Shown here: positions 52,529-64,000 of the stretch, piece by piece
Numbering within the stretch: the first letter of the stretch is position 1
Layout: every line of letters begins with the position of its first letter
Assembly (NCBI GenBank): GCA_964016885.1
Contig: OZ024741.1
Location: 76,942,001 to 77,006,000 of the forward strand
Origin: Eledone cirrhosa
Taxonomy: Eukaryota
Direction of reading: 5' to 3'
DNA: 64,000 nucleotides
Translations under genes and position numbers: made by a program
Notes under the pieces: generated by a model
Databases searched by the model: none
What the model was told of the DNA's origin: nothing
The model's input: the letters and a program-made list of their open reading frames with translations, nothing else

Positions 52529-55500
52529 ATGAAAGAACTGCTTGATTCTTCTGACTTCCAAGTACAGATATTTCTAAATCATTTACTTAAAGAATGGAAG
52601 ACATCTGTGATAAAACAACTTGTCAACTCTAAACAGTCAACCAAACAAACCAGTGCCAGTAATTCTAATAATCGACAAAAAACTCAGACACTACCATCTA
52701 AACTTTCCAACAATACAGAACCTTCCAAAAATATACCCATCTTTCTACCTTATTTCAATATTATTTATTATACATTATCAACACTGTCAACTACATCCTC
52801 TCAAGAACCTACCGTAGCAGCTACAAAATCAAAACAACCTCTTCTGAAATACTTGAAAAATGCTAATTCCCAAAGTGAATTTAAATGCTTTTTTTGTGAA
52901 CTTTTTAGGCATCCTAGAAATAAATGCCCAGCTAGAAAAAACATATGCTATTCTTGTGGGAAGATCGGCCACTGGCAATCAGTCTGTAAATCTGACTGCC
53001 AAAGCAGTAAGCAAGCGGCCTCACTTATATGTTCATTAAATACCGGCAAACAGTCTAAAGCTATTCTCTGCCCGATAACTATAAAAGACACCACACTAAA
53101 GGCCTTAATCGATCCTGGTTGCACAGATTCGTTTATACGTCATAGCATAGCAACTGAATTAAACTTGAGCGTAAAACAAGAAAAACGGGCAATCACACTA
53201 GCCGACAATAAAATATTAATGACGACTGGTACTACATCCATACCAATATGTATCTACAGCGAGGAATACTCTGTGAACCTAATCACTGCAAAAAGTCTTG
53301 TCGCAGACGTCATTATCGGAATGGATGTCCTCACCCAGCATAGCTCTATTATTCTCCACCTTGGCGGTGCCCGGCCTCCCATGAAATTTTCAAATCAACT
53401 ATGCTGCACCTTTCCGACAAAAATAGAAGTTAATCCGCCTCTTGTCTTCCACGATTTAGCTGAGACAAATATCAAGCCGATTGCCACTAAGGGACGTTTC
53501 ATTAACAAGAGACGACAATTTTATTAAGTCCGAAATAACTCGCCTCCTAGAAGCCGGTATCATTGAGGAATCAATTTCACCTTGGCGAGCTCAGTGCTTC
53601 ATAGTACACGGAAAGAAACCTCGACTCGTGGTAGACTACTCCCAGACAATTAATAAGTATACACAATTGGATGCCTATCCATCCCCCGACATTGAGGATG
53701 TTGTTAACAAAGTGGCACAGGATAAATATTTTTCAGAATTCGACCTCAAATCAGCGTATCACCAAGTACCTTTAAGAAAAATCGACAAACCTCTAACGGC
53801 ATTTCAGGCTAATCACAAACTCTACCAATTCTGCCGCTTACCCTTCGGCGTAACTAACGCTGTACCTGTTTTTCAGAGAATTATGGATCAAGTTATAGAG
53901 AAATATAACTTACTCAAAACCTATGCCTATATTGACAACGTCATAGTCACGGGAAATACCAAAGCTGAACATGATAGAAATGTGGAAGCATTCTTAAACG
54001 CCGTGAAGACAGAAAACCTAACTCTTAACTCGGATAAGAGTAAAATCTGCCAAACGAGTATATCTATACTAGGTTATAACATTCAGAACGGAGTAAAGAA
54101 ACCCGATAAGGAACGCATCAAAACTCTACTAGACTACCTAATCCCAACAAACAAACAACAACTGAAACGATTCCTTGGATTCCTAGCCTATAATGCTAGG
54201 TGGATTGCCGATTACTCAAAGAAAATCCAACCACTATTACAAGCTGACTCGTTCCCGCTGAATAAAGTAGCTACAGATGTAATACAAGCCATGAAAGCAG
54301 ATATCTCTAATGCCGCTCTTAGCATTCCTCTTAAAACTGGCCACGCATTGGTAATAGAAACAGATACCTCTGGCGATGTAATCGGAGCTATACTTTCTCA
54401 AAACGAACGGCCCGTGGCCTTCCTGTCAAGAACACTTACACCGTCCGAGAAAAGACAATCAACTGTGGAGCGAGAAGCTATGGCTATTATTGAAGCTGTA
54501 CGGAGATGGTCGCAATACGTGAAGTGTTTTCATATGATTATACGGACTGACCAAAAATCAGTAGCCTTCCTTTTCTCGAGTTATAAATCACGAATCAAAA
54601 ATGATAAAATATCTCGCTGGTGTTTAGAACTATCAGAGCATCAATTTGACATTGACTACAAACCTGGCTACCTCAACACCCAAGCCGATTGTCTTTCAAG
54701 AATCGCTGCAGCTATATCGCCACCCTGTGATTTAAAAGTACTCCACAACCAACTAGCACACCCAGGAGTAACTAGATTTTACAATTATATCTGACGCCAT
54801 AACCTGCCCTTTTCCGTAGACGAAATCCGCGACCTCGTCAAAAACTGCGTATCATGTTTGGAGTGCAAGCCAAAATTCTTCAAGCCTCCATCTGCTAAAC
54901 TCATTAAGTCAATAAGGCCGTTCGAACGTCTGTCAATCGATATCGTTGGACCAAAACCAAAATCTTCAAAAGCAGGAAACATATACTTATTGACTGCAGT
55001 AGACGAATTCAGCAGATTCCCTTTTGCTTTCGGTATGCGTGACATCACCTCAAACACTGTCATAAACTGTCTCAAACAAATCTTCTCAATATTCGGAGCT
55101 CCCTCATTCATACACTCCGATCGAGGAACTCAGTTTCTCTCCAAAGAATTCGATCATTTCTGCTTGTCCAATGGTATATCCCACACGCGCACTTCACCGT
55201 ACCATCCACAAGGAAATGGCCAAAACGAGTGCTACAACGGAGTCCTCTGGAAAGGAATTCAATGCATAATTAACTCGCGCAAACTTAAAGAAACTAAGTG
55301 GGAAGATATCATACCAGAAGTTCTTGCCTCGCAACGATCACTTCTCTGTACAGCGACTAATGAGACACCCCATAACCGCATATTTAGATTCGATCGAAAG
55401 GGTTCCTTAGGATTTTCCCTACCAGATTGGCTTAGAGTTGGAAACGACGCCTATATTAGAAACTTTATTCGTACAAAGAACGACCCATTAGTGAATAAAG

Positions 55501-55838
55501 TTATTATCGAACAGATGGTGAATGCTAATTTCGCGGTTGTCAGATATCAAAATGGAAGATCTAGTACAGTCTCAACAGCAGACCTCTCCCCTGGCCCAAT
55601 TAATTGTCAAAATAATGACAATCAATCCATCCAAGAAAACAGTTCGATTAGCAGTCCTGCTGATATGCCGAGACCACTTAACATCGACCACAGTAACGAT
55701 CTATTCTTAGATGAAACCGTGATTGATTTAAATCCCGTGGCAAATAGCACTAGCATCCTACCGCAAGTTCCTGTTGACCCCGTGAGACGAAGCAATCGTA
55801 TACGCGTAGCCCCCAAGCGCTATATTGAAGAACAATAA
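52529..55838 (+). pseudogene. Gypsy gag(3')-pro-RT-RNaseH-integrase
   Basis: CCHC knuckle CYSCGKIGHWQSVC; protease LIDPG; RT LPFG...AYIDNV; RNase H ETDTSG/EREAMA; integrase H-H-C-C, IDIVGP, HSDRG and GNGQNE. One frameshift near 53500 and one in-frame TGA at 54792. Confidence 0.93.
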
Positions 55839-55851
55839 AATCGGCGAAGAA

Positions 55852-56022
55852 TGTTATGAAGTTCATCTATCCTCAATATAACTTTGTTTTATTGCATATC
55901 TTTCTTTTCTTACAAATATTATTGTTATATTTCTTCAAGACTAATTACTGTTTTTATATTCTAGATATTGAATAAAAGCTTGGAATTGGAGCTTTAGTTT
56001 TGCAATATTAGAACGCACAACA
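55852..56022 (+). repeat. Gypsy 3' LTR, 171 bp; no 5' LTR found
   Basis: Follows purine-rich GGCGAAGAA; TGTT...AACA ends; AATAAA at 55971. Confidence 0.7.
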
Positions 56023-56998
56023 ATAATACTAGTTACTCATTCTATATCATTCCTATTTATCACTTTCCTTTCTTCCTCTTTTATTTTAATTTCTAACCTC
56101 TAATCTGTACTTTTTCTTCCTAACTACTTCTCAATTCTTATTATTACTCACCACAACATATCCACTCTTCCACCTTTCTTCATATCATTGGCCATAAAAA
56201 TTATTATTACCTTTTAAATACTTTATAGCATTACTTTTAAAAATCCTTCGTAAACCTAAACATTTTTTTGACGTTAGATTATTCCTCCTCAGTTCATTAT
56301 ATTTTTCTCCCTTTCATGCTCGTCTGACTTTTACATATCACACATCACAATACATAAAAAACTTAAACCCTAACTAATCTCCTTTATTACATTATATTAT
56401 TACCATTAGAAAATACTTCATAAACATATATATTTTGATGTTAGAGTCTTCTCTTCCTTAAACACTATTTTCTTCTTTGCGTTCTGCGCTCATTTGTAAA
56501 TTAACAATAATAATTCTTAGGGGTATAAAAACCCTAGAAAATGCTATTTTCATCATTTCTAAAAATAGCAAAACAATTGATGCTTTGAATAGGGCCAAAT
56601 ATAAGTCGTTAGACATGCCCAACCAACCGTGATGCCTAAACCAATCAGCTTCAGTAATCCAGTGAAACTACACACCGATTGGTCGAAATACAGTTTGAAA
56701 AGTTGAGCATTCTGTAGCTGCTTTTCACTGTATATAAGGCACAAAATTTACCCATCTCATTATAGTTGAAAATTGTAAATTTGACTGTCACCACAGAATA
56801 TGAACCTGGAGATTGCAAAAGCATGAAATTATTTGTTCAATTAACACTTAACACTTAATATTCTACCATACTATTTCATTCTAATACCATTATAATTTTA
56901 AAGGATTGTAAATAAAACGAGTAAATCAGACAAAATTGGAATTCCTTTTATTAATATAATCTTCTATACACAATCATACACACCCGTGTATATTTATT

Positions 56999-57034
<36 letters not shown>

Positions 57035-57228
57035 GCTTTTAAGCTATTTTGTAGTATCTCTGTTCAGGAACACACCACTTATATTAAATTTATCTCCCTG
57101 GAGCTTTGTAAAAGTCTGAGAGATTGGCTACATATATGTTTTATATATATTTTTTTTTGTTTAGATGGAAGACAAAACAAAGAAGATGAATACAAAGATG
57201 AAGAAGAGAAAGATAAAGATGAAGAACC

Positions 57229-57470
57229 TCACTGCACTGCACCGCACTGCACAATACCGCACTGCACAACACCACACTGCACCACACCACATCGCAGTGC
57301 ACCGCACCACCACATGAAAACATACAACACTACACCATACCTCACTACATCACACCACATAAAAATACACCACACTACTCCACATCACATAACACTACAC
57401 TACATCCCACCACACTACTCTACTCCACATAAAAACACCCCACACTACTCCATACCACATAACACCCAAC
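57229..57470. repeat. Degenerate (CACCA/CACTA)n pentamer tract; also at 58560-58835, 59110-59190, 59895-60100, 63080-63260 and 63878-63940
   Basis: 5-bp periodic CAC-rich sequence. Confidence 0.85.
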
Positions 57471-57479
57471 ATTTTTTCT

Positions 57480-58550
57480 TCATCTTTTTTTCATGTGTTA
57501 TCAACTAATCTGATCTCCAAGATGTTTGTTATTGACTCTCTCTTCATGGAAAACTTAGGTGGATGCACTTCTCTCATTTAACCGCAGAGTTTTCTCTAAG
57601 ATTTTTCATATGTTATCAACGAATATGACCTCCAAACCAGTTGGAAATGATTAGTTGTTCTAGAAAAAAGGAGGGGTAAAGCGGGTGGAAAATCATTGTC
57701 GTTTTGTAGATATATACCCTAATGATTTTTCTTCGGTCTCCTTTTGAGTGCTATCAACTAATCTGACTTTTTAGTTGCTCTGAATCAATTTTTTTCCTGG
57801 GTTTTGGAAACTAAAACTAAATTAAACATAAAATTAAATCTAGCCCCAACACTAAACTCTAAATCTAAACCAAACCAAGCTAAAGCTAAATATAAACATT
57901 ACCCGAACCCTTAAACTAAACCCTAAACTATACCCCAACCCTAAAACTAAACCCTAAACATTACCCCAACCCTAAAACTAAACCATAAACTTTACCCCAA
58001 ACCTAAAACTAGACCCTAAACTTTACCCCAAACCTAAAACTAAACCCTAAACTTTACCCCAACCCTAAAACTAGACCCTAAACATTACCCCAAACCTAAA
58101 ACTAAACCCTAAACTTTACCCCAACCCTAAAACTAAACCCTAAACATTACCCCAACCCTAAACCTAACCCAAGGAAATAAGTTGATTGGAAGCATCTAGG
58201 AGGTCAGATTAATTAATAGCACAAGAAATAGCATAGGAAATAGCACAGGAAATTAATAGCAAAGGAAATATACCGAAAATGATTAAGTCCCACAACATGT
58301 GAGTGGGGTGTAGATCTGCAAAACTCTTCCCCTCTCCTTCTCCTCTTTCTCCAAAGCTAGTTGTTTTTGACTGGTTTGGAAGTCATATTCACTGATAACG
58401 CATGAAAACAGAATCAAAGAGAAAATTCCGAGTAAGCAGGAGTTATCTGGGTGAAGGGGGAACCACCTCACCCCGCCGTTTTCCTGGGGGGAAAAAGTCA
58501 GTTTCAAGCATCTTGGAGATAAGATTAGTTGATAGCACATGAAAAATAGG
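57480..58550. mobile_element. Helentron-like fold-back element containing a telomere-like 31-bp array
   Basis: TGTGTTATCAACTAATCTGATCTCCAAGATG (57495) is inverted at ~58509-58540; second pair 57748 / 58190-58222. Array AAACTAAACCCTAAACTTTACCCCAACCCTA repeated ~8 times at 57913-58165. Confidence 0.55.
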
Positions 58551-58851
58551 ATGAAAAAATTTCACATCACAGCACACCACATCAAATCACTCCGCATGCC
58601 ATCACATCACACCACGTCTCGTCTCGTCTCGTCTCATTTCACCACGCCACGCCACATTTCATCACATCACATCACATTTCACCACGCCACATCACATCAC
58701 ATGCCATCACACCACATTACATCCCACCACACTCCACTACACCATATCCCCCACCCTACATTGAACCACACTCCACTCCACCACACCACTGTCCACTACA
58801 CTAAACCACACAAGACTACACCACACCACACCACTGTTTTCTATTTCGTAG

Positions 58852-58899
58852 GTATGTCCAGTTACAGTAAGAGAAAGAGAGTTATTTCAAAGGATCTGA
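58852..58899 (+). CDS. Candidate 48-nt exon (G)MSSYSKRKRVISKDL
   Basis: Acceptor TTTTCTATTTCGTAG, donor GTAAGT and an open phase-1/phase-1 frame. Confidence 0.35.
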   Translation, partial: VCPVTVRERELFQRI

Positions 58900-59708
58900 G
58901 TAAGTAAACACTTCATTGACCATCATTTTAAGCAGAATTTCAGTGTAGTTTTAAATTGACCTTTTCATATGATTACACCTCAGTCTTAACTTAATCACCT
59001 GTAGATGGATGCTACATGTAATGTTAAAATTAGTTAAACACTGTTTCCCCCTTCTTATCACATGTGGATGCTACATGTGTATTGTTAACATTAATCTAAC
59101 GTGGTGTCCCCCCCCCCTCGCCTCACCATATCATACCACACCACATCACACCATGTTGTACCACACCAGACCACATAACACCATGCTATACCATATATAT
59201 ATATATATATGAGCTCCCCACTCGTTATATTAACTGTATCTCCTCGGTGTTTCGTGAAAGTCTGAGAGATCAGCTATATATTTGTTTACAATTTTTTTTT
59301 ATATTTAGATGGAAAAGAAGAAAAAGACGACGAAGCAGACGACTAAAATGAAAATGACAACAAAGACAAAGAAGACACGGGAAACGAAGATGACGAAAAG
59401 AAGAAGAAAGTATGATCTCAGTTCAGTCTAAACCTAATGATTTATAGATATGATCTTAGTTCAGTCTTAACCTAATGACCTGTAGATAGGATCTATTTAG
59501 GTTTAACTTAAACATTCAAATATATTTGTATATACTTTTGTTGATGTTTGACATTGTTTTTTAGTTATGAAATAGCTTATAAGCTACATTATAGGATCAC
59601 AGTGCATGAGCACACTGCTCTTTAAATTAATTTTATCTCCTCAGCACTTTGTAAAGTCTGAGAGATAGGCAACATATATGTTTTACATTCTTTGTTTTTG
59701 GTATTTAG

Positions 59709-59840
59709 ATGGCAGAGGAGAAGATAAAGGCACCGAAGAAGTCAAAGGCACAGAAGAAGTCAAAGGCACAGAAGAAGACAAAAGCACAGAAGAAGTCAAA
59801 GGCACAGAAGAAGACAAAGAAAATGAACAAGAAGAACAAT
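59709..59840 (+). other. Acidic exon-like module, third of three paralogous copies (57165, 59309, 59709); contains an 18-bp repeat
   Basis: Shared upstream block TATCTCC...AAAGTCTGAGAGAT...TTTAG|ATGG, then an E/D/K-rich frame (KGTEEV)n. Confidence 0.5.
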
Positions 59841-60129
59841 TATTATTACTTTTATTATTGTTATTATTATTTGTATTATTATAATCAAACTAAGCCACAC
59901 TACATCAACCTATACCATACCACACCACACTGACAAACATTATACCATACCACATTATCCAACACCACACTACGAAACACTGTACGACCTCACATCAGAC
60001 CATGCTATGAAACAATATACCATACTACACTATACAACAATAGACAACACCGCACAAGACTATGAAACACTATACTTTACCACACTATATCACACCACTC
60101 AAGTTAGAGAGGATCAACTTTTTTCCTGG

Positions 60130-62972
60130 AAAGTAGAAAACCTAACTTTAAGCTAAAACCGAACTTTAAAAATAACACTTACCCTAACACTTGCACTCAC
60201 ACATGCTCTAACAGTGAACTTAGCGCTAACATGGAAACTAACACAAACACAAAATCTGAAAACTAACACAAACACTAACAACTAACACAAACACTAACAC
60301 TAAAACTAACCTGAACACCAGCACTAAAATTAACACTACCGTAAACACTAATACAAACACTTACACTAAAACTAACATTAGCACAAGCATTAGCCTGAAC
60401 ACTAGCACTATAACTAACACTACCATAAACACTAACACTGACCTGAGCACTAACACTAAAAGTAACACTAACACAAACACTAATCTGAAAACTGATACTA
60501 ACCAGAAAACTAAGCTAACATTAACTTCAACACTAAAACAAACACTAACACAATCTCTAACACTAAAACTAACATTAACTTGAACACTAACACTAACCTG
60601 AACACTAACACAATCACTCATGCTAACACTAACAGAAATACTAATGCTAATATTAACACAAAAACAAAGACTAACGCTAACACAATCACTAACACTAATG
60701 GAAACATCAATCACTAATGCTAACAGAGATACTAACACAATCTCTAACACTAACCTTAACACTAAAACTAACATTAACACTAACATGAGTTGAACACTTA
60801 CACTAAAACTAACATTAACCTCAACACTAAAACAAACACTAACATTAACAGAAAAACAAAGACTAGCACTAACACTAATGGAAACGCTAACACAAACATT
60901 AACACAAAATAAAACACTAACACTAAAACTGACATTAACATGAACATTAACCTGAACACTAACACTACCACTAAAACTAACACTACCATAAACCACTAAC
61001 CTGAGCACTAACACTAAAAGTAACATGAGCCCTAACCTGAAAACTAACACTAACCAGAATACTAAGTCAACATTAACCTGAACACTAACACTAACACTAA
61101 CAAAAATGCTAACACTAATACAAAATCAAACACTAATGGAAACACTAACGCCAAAGCTGACACTGACGAAGATGGCTATGCTGGCACAAACGCTAGCGCA
61201 AATGTTGACACAATCGCTTACGCTGACACAAACACTAACGTGAATACTGATGCAGGTGCAAAGGCAAATGCTGACAAAGACTCTGACGCACACGCTGATG
61301 TAAATGCTACACAGACTCTAACGCTGACGTGGACACTGACACAAATGCTCACGCTGATGCAAACACTAAAACAAATGCAGACACTAATGCAAACACAGAC
61401 GCAAATGTTGATGCAGATGTTAAAGCAAACGCAAATGATGACAGCGATGCTAATGTGAACCTTAACGCAGACGTAAACATTGACGTAGAAGCTAAAGGAA
61501 ACACTGATGCAAACACTAATGAAAATGCTGACACAGACGCTAACACACGTAAACACAGATGCTAACGTAAACACTGACGCAGATGCTAATATAAACACTG
61601 ATGCAGACGCTAACATAAACGCTGACACAGATGCTAACGTAAACGATGACATAGAAGCTAACGTAAACGCTGACACAGACACAAATGTAAACGTTGACGC
61701 TGATGTAGATGTAAATACAAGCGCTGACGTAGAAGCTGACACAGACACTAATGTAAGCGCTGACGTAGAAGCTAATGTAGATGCTGATGTAGAAGCTAAC
61801 GTAAACGATGACGAAGATGTTGATGCTGACGTAGAAGCTAACGTAGATGCTGACGTAGAAGCTAACGTAAACGCTGACGTAGAAGCTAACAAAACGCTGA
61901 CATAGTTGTTACGTAGAAGCAGGCGTAGAAGTTACCGTTTACCCTTACCGCCGAAGCTGATTTCCAAAACGCAATTGCTGATGCGGATTGCTGAAGCCAA
62001 AGCCAAGCTAACGCTGACGCAAATGTTGAGGCAGTTTTGCCGGCGCTGACGTGTATGCTGACGCAAATGCTGATGCGGACGCTAGGGCTAAGGCTAACGC
62101 TAACGCTGACGCAAATGCTGAAGTTAACGCTTACATGGGATATGCAGACGCTGCGTTGATGCGGACGCCACAGGAAAGGTTGATGGAAACGCCAATGCTA
62201 ACGGAAAACGCTGACGTAGACGTTACGGAAACGCTGACGTAGAAGCTAACGTAAACGCTGACACAGACGCTAACGTAAACACTGACGTTAACTGAAACGC
62301 TGACGCTGATGTAAATACTGACGCTGACACAGACGCGGTCGGAAACGCTGACGTAGAAGATAACGGAAACACTGACATTGATGCTAACGGAAATGGTGAC
62401 AACGACGTTAAAGGAAACCCTGTCGCAAACGCTAATGTGAATGCTGATGCAGATGCTGACGCAAATGCAAACGCTGATGTTAACACTGACTCAAACACTA
62501 ATGCAAATGCTGACATGCATGCTGATGCAAACGCTGACACTGAGGGAAATGCTGACACTGATACAAGTGCTGACGCGGACGCTAATGATAATGCTGACGT
62601 AGACGTAGGCACTGAAACAAACACTAATGCTAACACTAATGTTGACTCAGACGCTAAGGGAAATGCTGACACAATCACTATCACCAATGCAGACGCTGAC
62701 GCAAATGCTGACATAGATGCTGACACTTACGCAAACACTAAGGCTAATCCAAACACTAACGCAGATGCTAACACCAGTCTACATAGACACTAACACAAAA
62801 GCTTACATAGACACTTATGCAAATGCTAACGCTGATGCAGACAGTAACTGTAAGAGTAACAGTTACAGTAACACTAACAGTGACAGTAATGCTAACAGTA
62901 ACACAGTCACTAACAATAAACTTACCATTAACAGTAAAACTTACCCTAACACTAACCCTAAATCTAACATTA
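60130..62972. repeat. 2.8-kb degenerate hexamer array (TAACCC > TAACAC > TAACGC/TGACGC > TAACAG/TAACCC)
   Basis: 6-bp periodicity throughout; yields the low-complexity ORFs (VS)n, (AS)n and (ADAN)n on both strands. Confidence 0.9.
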
Positions 62973-63500
62973 ATCCAGAGAAAAAAGTCATTTGCAATCA
63001 TATTTAAGGTCACTCTTTAAGATATAGTAGATAGGCATTACCTTTTAATGATTTTAATTTAAAGAGAATCACGCTATACAATGCAACACAATAACACACC
63101 ACACCACACTAACCTACACTACACCAAACCAGATTATACCATACCTTGGTAAATTTATGATAGATTTCCATGTTATAACTACACCAAACTAAACCATACC
63201 AAACTACACCAAACCAAACCACACCATAACAAACTACACCATACGACATCACACCATGCTATTGAACTGTGTGAAAAATTTTCTTCCTGCTTTTTTTGTC
63301 TTTTTTTGTGTGTGTGCTTACCACCCAATCTGACATTAAAAGTGTTTGCAATTAAATATTTTTTGCACATATTATCAATGAAGACTGTGAAACCTATTGA
63401 AAATGACTTGCTTTGTAGAAAAAAGAGGGTGGAAATACCATTCACAAAGCTTGTCATTTTTGATTGCAGTGAAAGTCATATTTGTTGTTAATATGGTAAT

Positions 63501-63833
63501 GGAGGCACATGGCTTAGTGGTTAGAGCATTGGTCTTGCAATCGAAAGGTTATGAGTTCAATTCTCAGACCAGGTGGTGTGTTGTTTCCTTGAGCAAGACA
63601 CTTTATTTCACATTGCTCCAGTTTACTCAGCTGTAGAAATGAGATGATAGGGACTGGTGTCCCTATCATTCCACTGCAAAGTGGTCGTGTAGGTGCCACG
63701 GCAAAGACCACCCAGCACTCACTGTAAATGAGGTTGGTGTTAGGAAGGGCATCCAGCTGTAGAAATCAAGCCAGAATCAGTTCCCGTCCCACCCTTGCAA
63801 GCAGGGAAAAGTGGACGTAAAATGATGATGATG
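63501..63833 (+). mobile_element. Full-length tRNA-derived SINE with an RTE-derived 3' tail
   Basis: A-box TGGCTTAGTGG, B-box GAGTTCAATTC and central TGTTTCCTTGAGCAAGACAC block. The 3' ~160 bp match the RTE 3' UTR and end in (GAT)n. Confidence 0.9.
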
Positions 63834-64000
63834 GTAAAAGCATAGTCGGCTGTGAGCATGTTGGAGGTTGGAAAACCATACCACATTAAACTACATCAAA
63901 CTACACCATACCAAACTACACCATACTACATCACACCATGCTATTAATCTCAGTGAGAACATTTTTCTTCTTGTTTTTTTTTTTTCTGTGTGTGTGTGTG

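Noticed and set aside
53481-54794. Programmed frameshift or read-through in Gypsy pol
   Set aside because: The shift lies between protease and RT with no clear slippery heptamer, and the TGA is best explained by CGA>TGA decay.
56600-56730. Possible hammerhead in the second Naiad 3' region (ACCAATC/GATTGGT-C-GAAA-TACAG...CTGTA)
   Set aside because: No intact CUGANGA box or UH cleavage site; at best a decayed relic.
57913-58170. True telomere or chromosome fusion site
   Set aside because: It is a 31-bp higher-order unit with degenerate CCCTAA motifs inside an inverted-repeat element, not pure (TTAGGG)n.
60361-63020. Long ORFs such as 60361-61050 and 61218-61892 as real proteins
   Set aside because: They arise in several frames and on both strands from the hexamer periodicity, and have no domain or splice support.

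Overview
AT-rich animal genomic DNA, most likely an octopus or other coleoid cephalopod (inferred from the repeat landscape, not shown directly). The window is almost entirely transposons and simple repeats. It holds many RTE-type LINE fragments (one with a 672-aa RT frame), a decayed L1/Tx1 LINE, two mariners, a near-intact DD34E Tc1 element, two Gypsy remnants, a CRE fragment, Helitron/Helentron-like elements and two or three tRNA-derived SINE families. It also holds three Penelope-like elements (PLEs): one Neptune-like and two Naiad-like. No host gene can be named; only scattered candidate exons and a promoter-like segment are visible. The most notable signals are RNA-structural. A Naiad-type PLE is wrapped in a ~1-kb near-perfect inverted repeat carrying a hammerhead-ribozyme motif in each arm. 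There is also an orphan full-length hammerhead at 20775-20855, a mutated hammerhead in the Neptune-like pLTR, a 120-bp fold-back remnant, a histone-mRNA-type stem-loop with no histone gene, and a 2.8-kb graded hexamer array bracketed by the same short inverted repeat as a telomere-like array. All coordinates were read by eye; element edges are approximate unless a TSD or TIR is quoted.
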